Shown in pieces: positions 30,296 through 39,719 of a DNA stretch of 64,000 nucleotides. A program made the position numbers and the translations under genes. Every line of letters begins with the position of its first letter. Position 1 is the first letter of the stretch. The stretch lies in the IMG/VR virus record IMGVR_UViG_3300023174_000068, positions 67,439 to 131,438 of that record. One strand, given 5' to 3'. The DNA is from a virus. The notes under the pieces were generated by a model. The model was not told the origin of the DNA and did no database searches. It saw nothing but the letters and a program-made list of their open reading frames with translations.

Positions 30296-30991
30296 TTAAC
30301 AAACAAATAGGTAGAAGTTTCCTATTTTGGATTCGAAGTCCCACTCTTCCCCTAGTTCGCTGGATAGGATACGAGTAATTATTTCCTCTGTAAGCCCGGA
30401 CTCTAACTTCTTATTTAGTTTTTCACTGTCTATGATTTCAGACAATTGTATATTAACCCCAGGCATCACTTCTTTTAATTCCTTTGATGTTTTGTCCATT
30501 ATTGACTCCATTATGTTGAATTTAATCAAGTCTATGTCTTCTTTGTCAAAAACAACCACAAGCAAATCGGTCCCATTCCAATCTATGACTTTGAACAAGT
30601 GTTTTTTTGAATCTACTATATCTATTGAGCTGAGGTCGATATCAAAATAATCTGAAATGCTTTTTTCATGAGATAATTCAGAATTTTCGATTCCTTTAAA
30701 TATATCGGATTCGATTTGGTTATTCTCATCTATAAATTTATAATTCTCAAATGTCAAAACTCCATCAGATTCTAAGGCACATCTATCTTCTATCACATCT
30801 CTAAGGATTTTATCAGTCCCTGAAATCTCATTTAATCCGTTTCTTGATAAAAATTGTTTGAATCTTTTACTACCAGGATTTAAATAATTCATCAAAGAGG
30901 ATGGTCTAATACCCCATTCGTTGATATATTCATCAACTAACTGGTTTACTCTTTGGTAGTACTCGTTGGCTTCTTCTCTATTTGTTATCAT
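30296..30991 (-). CDS. hypothetical protein
   Basis: 231-aa ORF. Confidence 0.55.
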   Translation of the reverse strand: MITNREEANEYYQRVNQLVDEYINEWGIRPSSLMNYLNPGSKRFKQFLSRNGLNEISGTDKILRDVIEDRCALESDGVLTFENYKFIDENNQIESDIFKGIENSELSHEKSISDYFDIDLSSIDIVDSKKHLFKVIDWNGTDLLVVVFDKEDIDLIKFNIMESIMDKTSKELKEVMPGVNIQLSEIIDSEKLNKKLESGLTEEIITRILSSELGEEWDFESKIGNFYLFVC

Positions 30992-31242
30992 TTACGTTGA
31001 AAAAATTTTCCGTATTTTAATGATTCTTGCATTTTTTGAGATTCCATTTCTTTTAAAGATTCAAACTCTTCTTTGCTCAGTTCTTCTATATTTGTTGAAT
31101 TACAATTAGTGCAATTAGTCAAAGTTGCAGTATTCTCTTCGATATTTTGGTCACAATCATCACAATGATAATACAATTCTTGTCTATTACCGCTTAGCGT
31201 TTTTCCATAATCAAATGTTTCAAAAGTCTTAATTATTTTCAT
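30988..31242 (-). CDS. small zinc-ribbon protein with a CTS-like N-terminus
   Basis: MKIIKTFETF; CDDC...CTNC. Confidence 0.6.
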   Translation of the reverse strand: MKIIKTFETFDYGKTLSGNRQELYYHCDDCDQNIEENTATLTNCTNCNSTNIEELSKEEFESLKEMESQKMQESLKYGKFFQRK

Positions 31243-31302
31243 ACAATATATATTAATTTTTATTATTGTCTTTTATATGCTAACATTTTTAATATATAAG
31301 AA

Positions 31303-32205
31303 ATGAATCTGTCTCAATTAAAAGATTTTTATAGCAGAAAGCCTATCGAATTTGTTGTTAAAGAAAATTACGAACTTATTGAAGATAATGAGTATATTCC
31401 GAGATTTTCTTTGAAAAATATAAAAGAAATTGCAAATATTCCAATAAATAGTCCGATAAAATACTCAGATGATATTATTTCCAAAGCAATCAAATACGGA
31501 ATGATATTTTTAATCAATTATAAGGGTGAAGAAGATACTCACTTTTCAGGCCACGAAAGAGTAATCTATCCGATGGTGCTTGGAAAATCCTCTAAAGGAA
31601 AAAACTTATTAAGAGGTTGGCACTTAAACGGTTGGTCTGTTTCAAGCAAAAGACACATCAATAAAATTTGGCGATTATTTAGAACTGATAGAATTTTATC
31701 AATGACTTTTACCGGTTCCTTTTATCGACTACCGCCTGCAGGTTACAATATGAATGATAGAGGAATGCGTGGTGGTATCATTTCAAAAGCAGACTTTAAT
31801 GAGATTAGGCGAAACCAACAAAATTTAGTCAAGCAAAATAAAATTCAAAATAGAGAAGAAGTTGAGATGGGAACCCCAGAAAGATCATTTGCGTCAATTC
31901 GGGTTAAAGATACAAAATCAGAATTAGACCTTTTGAAACCCTTAGAGAACGCTTACATTAGTAGTTCAAAAGATAAATCGGTTCTTAGAATATCCTTTCT
32001 CAGAAGTATTTTTGGAAATAAATACGTAGCGGTTTTAGGCGCTATGGGTCAACCAGGAAATACTATAAAAGTCTTTGTAGACGATGGGACTCAATTAGGA
32101 GTATTTAAGGTTATGGATTCGGTAACTGGAGATGTATTGAAGAGTATAAAAAATGTCAAAGGTAATTCTAAGTATGAACTTTACTTATTTGACAGAAAGA
32201 TATAA
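31303..32205 (+). CDS. WYL-like domain protein
   Basis: INYKGE...ERVIYPMVLG...LLRGWH...WRLFRTDRILSM. Confidence 0.6.
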   Translation: MNLSQLKDFYSRKPIEFVVKENYELIEDNEYIPRFSLKNIKEIANIPINSPIKYSDDIISKAIKYGMIFLINYKGEEDTHFSGHERVIYPMVLGKSSKGKNLLRGWHLNGWSVSSKRHINKIWRLFRTDRILSMTFTGSFYRLPPAGYNMNDRGMRGGIISKADFNEIRRNQQNLVKQNKIQNREEVEMGTPERSFASIRVKDTKSELDLLKPLENAYISSSKDKSVLRISFLRSIFGNKYVAVLGAMGQPGNTIKVFVDDGTQLGVFKVMDSVTGDVLKSIKNVKGNSKYELYLFDRKI

Positions 32206-32237
32206 AAAAACCCGAACTTTCATTCGGGTTTTTTTCT
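32204..32237. terminator. bidirectional terminator
   Basis: AAAAAAACCCGAA-ctttca-TTCGGGTTTTTTT between convergent genes. Confidence 0.75.
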
Positions 32238-32253
32238 TATCAATTTTTCAGTA

Positions 32254-32988
32254 TTATCTAAAATTTTTAAATCTTCTCAAACTTTCTTTTTGAATTTCCT
32301 CAGGCATTTCATTCTTCATCTCATCATCTGCCTCTATTTCGTCATTTTTCATGTGATTGTTGTCATCTGACACATCATGGTCCATCATCTTGTGGTCGTG
32401 GACGTGGTGAGGATCTTCGTGTGTTGCAAAGAAGTTGAATACGTGTTCAATGTTTTCGGCTGCTACAGAAATATGATCTGAAGCCCAGTCATGCTCACTT
32501 AAAATATGGTCTAACATCTCTTCATCCATTTCTAGTAATTCATCCACTAATCTTTTAATAGTTTCTAAATTTGAAAAAAACATATAGTTTTGAGTCTCTT
32601 GGTGTTCCTTCAAACTCTTAAGTGTTTTTGCCAAATTGGCTCTTTTTTTCATCAAAGCTGTAATAGTTTTCTCTTCACCTTTTACTTTGATTTTAGTTCC
32701 AACCTCTCCGTCTACAATTCTTTTTAGAATACCATCAGGAATTTTTTCATCCATATCATACCCTAATTGCTGGTGAAGAGCGCCCTTTTTCATTTTAGTG
32801 TCTTTAATCCACTCGTTATTTTTTTTCTCAGAATGTGGCATCATTTCTTCTTCCATTTCTCGGCACATCATTGATAATTCAGCATTAGAGCAGTTTACTA
32901 AGTCTCTCATAGAGTGACCGTTTTTACACAACATATTACACATCTCTTCTCGAGACATATAATTTTCAAAAGTTTTTATAATTTTCAT
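32254..32988 (-). CDS. hypothetical protein with CTS-like N- and C-termini
   Basis: MKIIKTFENY...ESLRRFKNFR; KKGALHQQLG motif; NYMFFSNLE..HDWASDHI. Confidence 0.6.
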   Translation of the reverse strand: MKIIKTFENYMSREEMCNMLCKNGHSMRDLVNCSNAELSMMCREMEEEMMPHSEKKNNEWIKDTKMKKGALHQQLGYDMDEKIPDGILKRIVDGEVGTKIKVKGEEKTITALMKKRANLAKTLKSLKEHQETQNYMFFSNLETIKRLVDELLEMDEEMLDHILSEHDWASDHISVAAENIEHVFNFFATHEDPHHVHDHKMMDHDVSDDNNHMKNDEIEADDEMKNEMPEEIQKESLRRFKNFR

Positions 32989-33021
32989 TTTGTTATTTTT
33001 TTTTATTATATATTAAATAAT

Positions 33022-34170
33022 CTATATTAAAATATTCACCACTTCAGGATAGTATCTACACACTTCTTCATTCTTATTATCATACTTAATAACAGAAAGC
33101 ACATATCTCATAGCATTTAATCTGCCAATTTTCTTGTCATTAGAATTTATCACAACCCATGGATTTTTGGTAGTAGATGTCTGTTGAAACATTTGCCTTT
33201 TGAAGTTTCCAATAATCTCAAATTTATCTAAAACCTTTGCGTCGTTTGGAGAAAACTTCCAATATTTTAATGGTGATTGTTGACGTAACTCAAACCTTTT
33301 AATTTGTTTATCCTGAGTAATAGAAAACCATAATTTTATTAAAATAACACCATTTCTGTTTATTTTTTCTTCCCATTTGTTAACATTAGACATAAAATCT
33401 TGATATTGGTCTTCACTGCAATATCCCATAGCAGGTTCTACAACCGCTCTATTATACCAACTCCTATCAAAGAAAACTATCTCACCACTATTTGGTAGAT
33501 GCTTTTCGTATCTTGAAAACCAGTTATTTTTTTCTTCTTCTGTTGGAATCCCCAAAGCAACAACTCTAAAGCCCTTTGGGTCTAAATATTCTGTAAACCT
33601 CTTTATAGTTGAACCCTTACCGGCGGCATCCCTTCCTTCAAACACAATTGCTATTTTCTTTCCGGTTTTTTTAACCCACTCTTGAAGTTTTAACAACTCA
33701 ATTTGAATTTGATATTTTTCTGACTCGTATTTTTCTCTACCAATTATCGAACCCTCACCTTCAAATTCATCAAAGTGACCGGAGTTTCCACCCCTAAGCA
33801 GATTCACTCTTGCTTCTACCGAGGTGTAATATTCATCAAAAGTTTCTCTAATTTTACGTTTTGTGTTTCTATTTTTAAGTTCAAGAATTTGATTTACTTT
33901 TCTTAAAAAAGTTTCAACATTTAACTCTTCCACAAATTCCGGCGTGAATTCATTATTTAACTCGCGCATAATGACCGGAATATCAACTTTTTCTAAATCT
34001 CCAAAATTTAGCTGCTCGGTTTCTTGATCGTAGCTGATACTAGATAGAATATACGTTCTGTATTCAGTTAGTCTGTGTAAAAAATTATCTTTCAACTTTT
34101 TAAGAGATTCTGGGTCTAGATCAGAAACTCTGAGATCTTCTAAGATAAAGTTTTGAAATCGTTTTAACAT
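33022..34170 (-). CDS. ppk2: polyphosphate kinase 2 with N-terminal extension
   Basis: FEGRDAAGKG, FFDRSWYNRAVVE, LIKLWFSI, KYWKFSPND, PWVVINSNDKKIGRLN. Confidence 0.95.
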   Translation of the reverse strand: MLKRFQNFILEDLRVSDLDPESLKKLKDNFLHRLTEYRTYILSSISYDQETEQLNFGDLEKVDIPVIMRELNNEFTPEFVEELNVETFLRKVNQILELKNRNTKRKIRETFDEYYTSVEARVNLLRGGNSGHFDEFEGEGSIIGREKYESEKYQIQIELLKLQEWVKKTGKKIAIVFEGRDAAGKGSTIKRFTEYLDPKGFRVVALGIPTEEEKNNWFSRYEKHLPNSGEIVFFDRSWYNRAVVEPAMGYCSEDQYQDFMSNVNKWEEKINRNGVILIKLWFSITQDKQIKRFELRQQSPLKYWKFSPNDAKVLDKFEIIGNFKRQMFQQTSTTKNPWVVINSNDKKIGRLNAMRYVLSVIKYDNKNEEVCRYYPEVVNILI

Positions 34171-34286
34171 GCAGAAAATATTGCTTTTAGTTATATATAA
34201 ATTTTATGAAACAGGAATTTTAAAACCACATTTGAAATAAACAAAAACAAAGATCTATGATAGAATAAAAAACTATCATGTTGTAA

Positions 34287-34697
34287 ATGGAAAAGGTAGA
34301 TAAATTTATTGAATTTTTAATTGACAACAGGTCAGATAGTCGAATAAAAATCAGTAAAAAAATCAAATATGGTTTTAGATATTATTTTTTAGTTTTTGAA
34401 ATTGATCCCGCACCAAATAAAAACACACCTTATCCTTACCGAGAAAGAATGGAAATAATTTTTGATGGTAGAAATAGATGCATTGAAGTTTATAGAGAAG
34501 ATGAAGAAAATCCGATAGTTATAGAAAACGATACACTACTTGACAAATGGTCTAATAAAATAGAAGAGATATTATCAGAAAATATTGAAGACAAAGTTTT
34601 AGAAGTATTTAATGACTCTCTAAATAAATGTTTTAATAAAAACTTATACAGAGATCTGCAAATTTTAAAATTATTTAAAGAAGATGACACCATATAA
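34287..34697 (+). CDS. hypothetical protein
   Basis: 136 aa, ends with YRDLQILKLF. Confidence 0.55.
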   Translation: MEKVDKFIEFLIDNRSDSRIKISKKIKYGFRYYFLVFEIDPAPNKNTPYPYRERMEIIFDGRNRCIEVYREDEENPIVIENDTLLDKWSNKIEEILSENIEDKVLEVFNDSLNKCFNKNLYRDLQILKLFKEDDTI

Positions 34698-35178
34698 CCA
34701 AGAAGAGTTAGATAGAATCGCCAAAGCAAAAGAAACTAATGATAAATTAGAAGAATTTTTTAATGAAAAAAGACTTGAGTGGAACAAACAAATCGAACCC
34801 CTATTCTCTGTTATTAAAATAGACCTGACACAATCTACATCAGCAAACAAAATCTTAGAAGCACAGGCTTTAGCTCTTACATTTAGACAACAAATTGGTG
34901 AACAAATTAATTTTTTTCTAAATAAAAGGAGTCGAGAAACGACTAAAATCAAAAGGCTACGACAAGATAAATTTATTTTCTATGCAACAGGATTTGGAAT
35001 AAAAACCAACTTAGGAGAAAAAGGAATACTTATTGATGGTCATTTAGCCGAAAACGACCGTATTTTGGAATTGATTGAGTCGTATATTGAATTTCTAAGA
35101 GACACCACAAAAAACTTAGAGTCATTAGGGTATTCAATAAAAAACATGATAGAGTTGATGAACTACTTAGGTCGATAG
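34684..35178 (+). CDS. UvsY-like recombination mediator
   Basis: Helical protein ending GYSIKNMIELMNYL, similar to the UvsY C-terminus. Confidence 0.5.
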   Translation: MTPYNQEELDRIAKAKETNDKLEEFFNEKRLEWNKQIEPLFSVIKIDLTQSTSANKILEAQALALTFRQQIGEQINFFLNKRSRETTKIKRLRQDKFIFYATGFGIKTNLGEKGILIDGHLAENDRILELIESYIEFLRDTTKNLESLGYSIKNMIELMNYLGR

Positions 35179-35219
35179 TTGATTTAAAAAATTACAAGAT
35201 CTTGGAAATGGAGCCAGTT

Positions 35220-35753
35220 TCAAGAACGAATACTTTACAAATGAAAACATTATCAATTTTTATCTTCTTTATTTTCTTTCACAACTTTGGTCAAACTGTA
35301 AATGATCTAATCATCAAAAAGGTTAATCAATATCGAAAAGAATATAATCTAACACCATTAAAATATTCTTCAGAGGCAAAATTAGCAAATAGTCAAATGC
35401 TCACCTATATGATTGAAACATCAACAATGCCTTTAGACCATTCACAAAAAATTCCATCTTCTTTTGGAAAAACTTTTGATAATTTTTCTGACAGGATTAC
35501 ATATCTATATGGTTACAATTATGAATATATTGGTGAGAATTTATGCACTTTTGATGATAAAAAAACAGATGAAGAAAGAGCAAATAAAGTATTAGAAATA
35601 TGGAAAAAATCTCCAGCACACAACGCTCTTTTACTTAGTGTAAAGTATGACGGTGTTTGTGTTGGATCCAAAGTATCAAACACAATTTATTATGGTAATT
35701 TGTATTACGAAAACACCCCAACCTTTTATTGTGTTTTAACAATGTATAAATAA
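35220..35753 (+). CDS. CAP/SCP domain protein with signal peptide (start approximate, probably ATG near 35241)
   Basis: VNQYRKEYNLTPL, IGENL, WKKSPAHNALLL; hydrophobic MKTLSIFIFFIFF. Confidence 0.75.
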   Translation, partial: SRTNTLQMKTLSIFIFFIFFHNFGQTVNDLIIKKVNQYRKEYNLTPLKYSSEAKLANSQMLTYMIETSTMPLDHSQKIPSSFGKTFDNFSDRITYLYGYNYEYIGENLCTFDDKKTDEERANKVLEIWKKSPAHNALLLSVKYDGVCVGSKVSNTIYYGNLYYENTPTFYCVLTMYK

Positions 35754-35904
35754 TATAAAACCACATCTTTTATAGGTGGGTTTTTAATTTTTGTATACAA
35801 ATCGTTTTACAATTTATTAAATGTGTCTGCGAAAGATTGTCCGGATTCTTTTGCCGAAACTTCAGCGGCTGTGGCCTGTTCTTCACCTCTTTTAAAGAAG
35901 GCGA

Positions 35905-37005
35905 CTAAACTCTTTTATTCCATTTAGTCTCAACTCCAAGTTTCTTTAATTCTAAATGACCGTCAGAACAATCATCACACAACTCTTCTTTTCCATGATA
36001 ATAAACCAAAATGTCGCCATTGCAGAAATCACACTTCTCTTTTTTACCCCAAACGTCTTTTAACTTGAAACCCCTTTTTAGACTAACATTAGACAATTCA
36101 TCTTTGTCTTTTGACAAAAAAGCCATAGTGTCCACATAAGGATATGTTGAAAAATCACCTTTAACCTTTACGGTGCAAACACCGTTTACTTCAGAGCCTT
36201 TATAAATAAACTGCACACTTTGATTGATATAAGAAACATTATATTTTTTATACATCCAATCATTTTCGTCTGCAAATTTTCTAAATTTTATGATATCAGA
36301 ATCACGATTTGTATAAACGCGGTCCATTAAAAATTTTGTAGGGGCAGGAGATTCTTTTAACTTCCAAACAAGTGCTCTCCCGTGAATTTTCCCATCTACG
36401 TCAATTAAAATAAGTAGTTTTACTTTTGTTTCATTTTCTGTATAAAGTTTGAAAGTTTTTTTTCCTTCATCTTTCATACAAGATCCACCTAGTGTACCCC
36501 CACTGGAAAAATAGTTTTCTAATTTATAGTATTTTGCAATTTCGTCTCCGGCGACCAATTTAAATTGCAGACCAGACTCAGTAGTTGCTTTAAATGCATT
36601 TACAAAATCTTCTAAATCTTTATCACTGATAGTCACACCAAGTTGTGTTAGCATGTATCTAATTGCTCTTCCTACTTTTAATTCCGACCTACCGGGCATC
36701 TCATAGGGAAGTGCCGGACTTTCATCTTCATTCCAGTCATCCCAGGGAATTCTATTGGAACTTATAAAGGTAACTTTATCGTCTTTATCACTTAGATCAA
36801 AAAAGTTTTGAGATAACTCACCAACCTCTTTTTCACCAATAGCACTAAGTAAGATTTCAGCAATTTCACCACTTCTACCTCCCAACACTTTGATTTCTCT
36901 AAGTTTAAATATTAAATCTGACGCGCATTCAATATAAGCCTCTGAAACACTTAATAAGTGAAAAAGTAAATTTTGGAATCTAAAATCGCTATATTTTTTT
37001 AACAT
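35905..37005 (-). CDS. conserved phage protein (SCM / GRALVW / MDRVY motifs), function unknown
   Basis: LGGSCM, IHGRALVW, FLMDRVY, YPYVDT, C-terminal CxxC pairs. Confidence 0.6.
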   Translation of the reverse strand: MLKKYSDFRFQNLLFHLLSVSEAYIECASDLIFKLREIKVLGGRSGEIAEILLSAIGEKEVGELSQNFFDLSDKDDKVTFISSNRIPWDDWNEDESPALPYEMPGRSELKVGRAIRYMLTQLGVTISDKDLEDFVNAFKATTESGLQFKLVAGDEIAKYYKLENYFSSGGTLGGSCMKDEGKKTFKLYTENETKVKLLILIDVDGKIHGRALVWKLKESPAPTKFLMDRVYTNRDSDIIKFRKFADENDWMYKKYNVSYINQSVQFIYKGSEVNGVCTVKVKGDFSTYPYVDTMAFLSKDKDELSNVSLKRGFKLKDVWGKKEKCDFCNGDILVYYHGKEELCDDCSDGHLELKKLGVETKWNKRV

Positions 37006-37051
37006 ATATGGGTATATATTAATTTGAACAAAATAATTTTAGCTCCGGTGG

Positions 37052-37435
37052 TTAATCCTTCTTTTTTCTTCTTTTAGCGCGAGCATTTCGCACGGCTTTT
37101 GCTTTAGCCCACAAATCAGAATCCGCTTTTCGAGCACCACCAGCACCGGTGATAAAAGAATTAACTCTACCAGTGGCCCACGCTTGTTGAGGGGTTCCTG
37201 GACGATGGCCTGCGTTCCAGGCGGCGCTTCCGCGCTTATAAACTTTTTTTAAAATACCCATCGGAATCCCACTTTGTCTTGATTTTTTTCTAATCATTTT
37301 TGCCGCTTTTGAGCTTGGATTATCAACTGATCCAGCCGTTGCTTCCTCTAATATAAGTATATCTTCGACTAGATAAAGATATTTTTGGTAATCTAAATCA
37401 TCTGAAAACGATTCAAAGGTCATTAAATTTTTCAT
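37052..37435 (-). CDS. DUF5824-like basic protein with a CTS-like N-terminus
   Basis: Start revised to MKNLMTFESF; SGIPMGILKKVYKRGSAAWNAGHRPG..QQAWATGRVNSF. Confidence 0.65.
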   Translation of the reverse strand: MKNLMTFESFSDDLDYQKYLYLVEDILILEEATAGSVDNPSSKAAKMIRKKSRQSGIPMGILKKVYKRGSAAWNAGHRPGTPQQAWATGRVNSFITGAGGARKADSDLWAKAKAVRNARAKRRKKKD

Positions 37436-37436
37436 A

Positions 37437-38039
37437 TTATTTATCACCAAACATTTTTTGATAGGCTTTGGTAGCCGATGATTTTTTAGTTTTAACTCTT
37501 TTACCCTCTCCACCTTTTCCTGATTTATAATCAGCATCCCAATCTTTTTTATACTCACTTTTTCCAGCAAAAGTATCGATTTCTTTTTTCATTTTACCGG
37601 GATGTGGTCCGGCTAAATATTTTCCAGGTATTTTTCTACCCTTATATCTTTCTGATTTTCTCCTTTCTAGTAATTCACCCTTAACCTCGTTTATTAAATT
37701 TAAAATATCTTTTTCGATGACTTCAAGTCCAGCTGCTTCTTGGTCCTCGGGTGTGTCACCGTCTAATTCATCTTCAAAAAGCAATTCGTTGTCAACAAAT
37801 TTTTTAACAACATATGGCGTGTCTTTTTTCAAATCTAATTCATATCTATACGGTGTTTTGTCGACTATAAAGTTTACAACTAAATATTCGCCGTTTTTAT
37901 CACTCCAGTTGTAAACTAATTCACTCTCAAAATCCCCATTTTGTAGATTTGATATTAAATCTTCAATTTCTTGCATTTTTGCCTGAACATAACTCTGTTG
38001 AGATTCTACAAATTCCCTAAACATTTTAACTTTAGACAT
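37437..38039 (-). CDS. hypothetical protein with a CTS-like N-terminus
   Basis: MSKVKMFREFVES; basic C-terminus. Confidence 0.6.
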   Translation of the reverse strand: MSKVKMFREFVESQQSYVQAKMQEIEDLISNLQNGDFESELVYNWSDKNGEYLVVNFIVDKTPYRYELDLKKDTPYVVKKFVDNELLFEDELDGDTPEDQEAAGLEVIEKDILNLINEVKGELLERRKSERYKGRKIPGKYLAGPHPGKMKKEIDTFAGKSEYKKDWDADYKSGKGGEGKRVKTKKSSATKAYQKMFGDK

Positions 38040-38126
38040 ATAATTATATATTAATTTTTATTTTTATTAAAAAACTTATTTAAAAAATCTTTAAACATTT
38101 ACAATTTTAAGTAATACTAATATAGT

Positions 38127-38903
38127 ATGTCCCAAAAAAATATAAATTTCAAATTTAAGTCTGATAAAGTTTCGGAATTTATCCAGAAAATTGATGAACT
38201 TTCTAAGATTGAAGATACCATCAAAATAAAAATCGACTCCGAAAATATACTGATGTATTCTATTTTGGGAGGTAATGTAATGTTAGCATTTAAAAATTTT
38301 TTACTCAAAACAGGCGACTATTTTGATTTTGAGGATTTTGATTTTACTATAGATTTTATCTTAGCCAGTTCTAAAAAATTTGTCAAAAATTTGAGTTTTC
38401 TAAATACTTCTCACACAGTACTTTGGGATTTTAATTATAAAAAATCAACCGAAAACGACGATATTGTCTGGGTTAGGTCGGTTCAAGTAAGTGGTGGAAA
38501 ACTTAAAGTAAAGTGGTTAGGTGGAGAACATTATGAATTAAGAGATATAAACAAAGATTCTCTTAAAAATAACTTAAATATCAAAAATAAAAAGTGGTCT
38601 TTCTCCATTAAAAAAGAAGACTTTTTAGACGTAAAAAAACTATCTAACATAAATTCAGAAAGAATCGTAAATATAACAATTGAATCTGGGAAAGTCATAC
38701 TTTCTGAAAAATCAGCATGGGAACTTGAAGTTCAATCTATTGACAGTTCGATTTCATCTAATTTAATGCTAAATAAAAAGTTTCTATCGTGTATCGATGA
38801 GAACAAAGATGTTGAATTTAATATTTTTGAAAACTTCATGTTAATTCAAGATGAAAACTCAAATCTAATGCTGTCGTTTGAGCAAAGTTTTGACGACGAC
38901 TGA
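38127..38903 (+). CDS. probable DNA sliding clamp (gp45-like)
   Basis: 258-aa two-fold alpha/beta pattern with acidic end, directly upstream of the polymerase piece; weak sequence resemblance only. Confidence 0.55.
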   Translation: MSQKNINFKFKSDKVSEFIQKIDELSKIEDTIKIKIDSENILMYSILGGNVMLAFKNFLLKTGDYFDFEDFDFTIDFILASSKKFVKNLSFLNTSHTVLWDFNYKKSTENDDIVWVRSVQVSGGKLKVKWLGGEHYELRDINKDSLKNNLNIKNKKWSFSIKKEDFLDVKKLSNINSERIVNITIESGKVILSEKSAWELEVQSIDSSISSNLMLNKKFLSCIDENKDVEFNIFENFMLIQDENSNLMLSFEQSFDDD

Positions 38904-38915
38904 CGCCTGATTTTA

Positions 38916-38942
38916 AAACAATACCTCTAAATTTTAATATCA
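38916..38942 (+). promoter_or_regulatory. putative pre-late promoter AAAC-N16-(A/T)ATAT
   Basis: Same spacing upstream of the sigma factor (5307-5333), the clamp (38093-38119) and the clamp loader. Confidence 0.45.
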
Positions 38943-38947
38943 CAGAT

Positions 38948-39701
38948 ATGACAAAAGGAGAAAAAATTCAAAAAATTGAGTCATTAAAAAAACAAGCAAG
39001 CGAGTTGAAGAAAGAAGTAGACTACTACAACGCTCTTCAGCTCGCTCTGTTTTGACCCCCTCTTAATTATTTGAGAGGGGGTAGACACGCTAAAATTAGT
39101 ATTAAACGGTTCGTATGGGGCATTTGCTACATCCTACTTTATACTCTATAATAACCACGTAGCAGGAACCATTACAGCCCAAGGTAGAGATTTAACCAGA
39201 ACAATGGATAAAGTTAATGAAGAGTTTTGGTATAATCAGTGGCATAAAGACATCGAACTACATCAACAAATATCAATTAAAGACGTAACTCAAATTTCAA
39301 AAGATGAATCTGTGAGTATCTACGCTGATACTGATAGTTGCCATAAAGATTCTTTAATAAGAACGGATAGTGGTAATTTCACAATAGAGAATTGGTATAA
39401 TAGAAATATAAAAAACGGGTCTGGTGGTGAAACTTCCAAAGGACATGAATCTGTTTTAACTGATGATAAAATTTTAAATTTTTCAGAAAATGAAAATCTA
39501 TATTACGCATCTGTTAAAAGAATTATAAGACACAAGGTATCTAAAGATAAATGGAAATTGAAAACAAAATCAGGAAAGGAAATCATTGTGACTAATGATC
39601 ACTCAATGATAGTTTTTAGAAATGGTAAAAAAATAGAAGTAAAACCATCTGAAATAATTGAAAGTGACAAAATACTAGTTTTGAAAACTAATATATACTG
39701 A
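38948..39701 (+). CDS. family B DNA polymerase middle segment (fingers motif B to YADTD) fused to split intein N-half; interrupted at 39047-39089
   Basis: MTKGEK...YNALQLAL (38948-39049) and LKLVLNGSYGAF...ITAQGR...SIYADTD (39090-39335) lie in different frames; then IntN. Confidence 0.85.
39047..39089 (+). other. 43-nt non-coding insert with stop codons and a GC-rich hairpin inside polymerase motif B (candidate translational bypass or mini-intron)
   Basis: CTGTTTTGA-CCCCCTCTTAA-ttat-TTGAGAGGGGG-TAGACACG; removal restores QLALKLVLNGSYG. Confidence 0.75.
39336..39701 (+). mobile_element. split intein N-fragment (121 aa) at the polymerase YxDTD/S site
   Basis: Starts SCHKDSLIRT (block A); KLKTKSGKEIIVTNDHSM (block B TxxH); then stop. 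Confidence 0.9.
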
Positions 39702-39719
39702 TAAAAGTATCTGTATAAG

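Noticed and set aside
37436-37570. Longer N-terminus for the 37052 ORF
   Set aside because: Overlaps the upstream gene; MKNLMTFESF at 37435 fits the shared N-terminal motif
39050-39074. Simple +1 frameshift at TTT TGA
   Set aside because: The +1 frame has TGA at 39072-39074, and 14 extra residues would break the motif B helix
39053-39082. UGA followed by a hairpin as a SECIS/selenocysteine or readthrough signal
   Set aside because: Readthrough stays in the wrong frame, misses KLVLNGSYG and stops ~30 codons later
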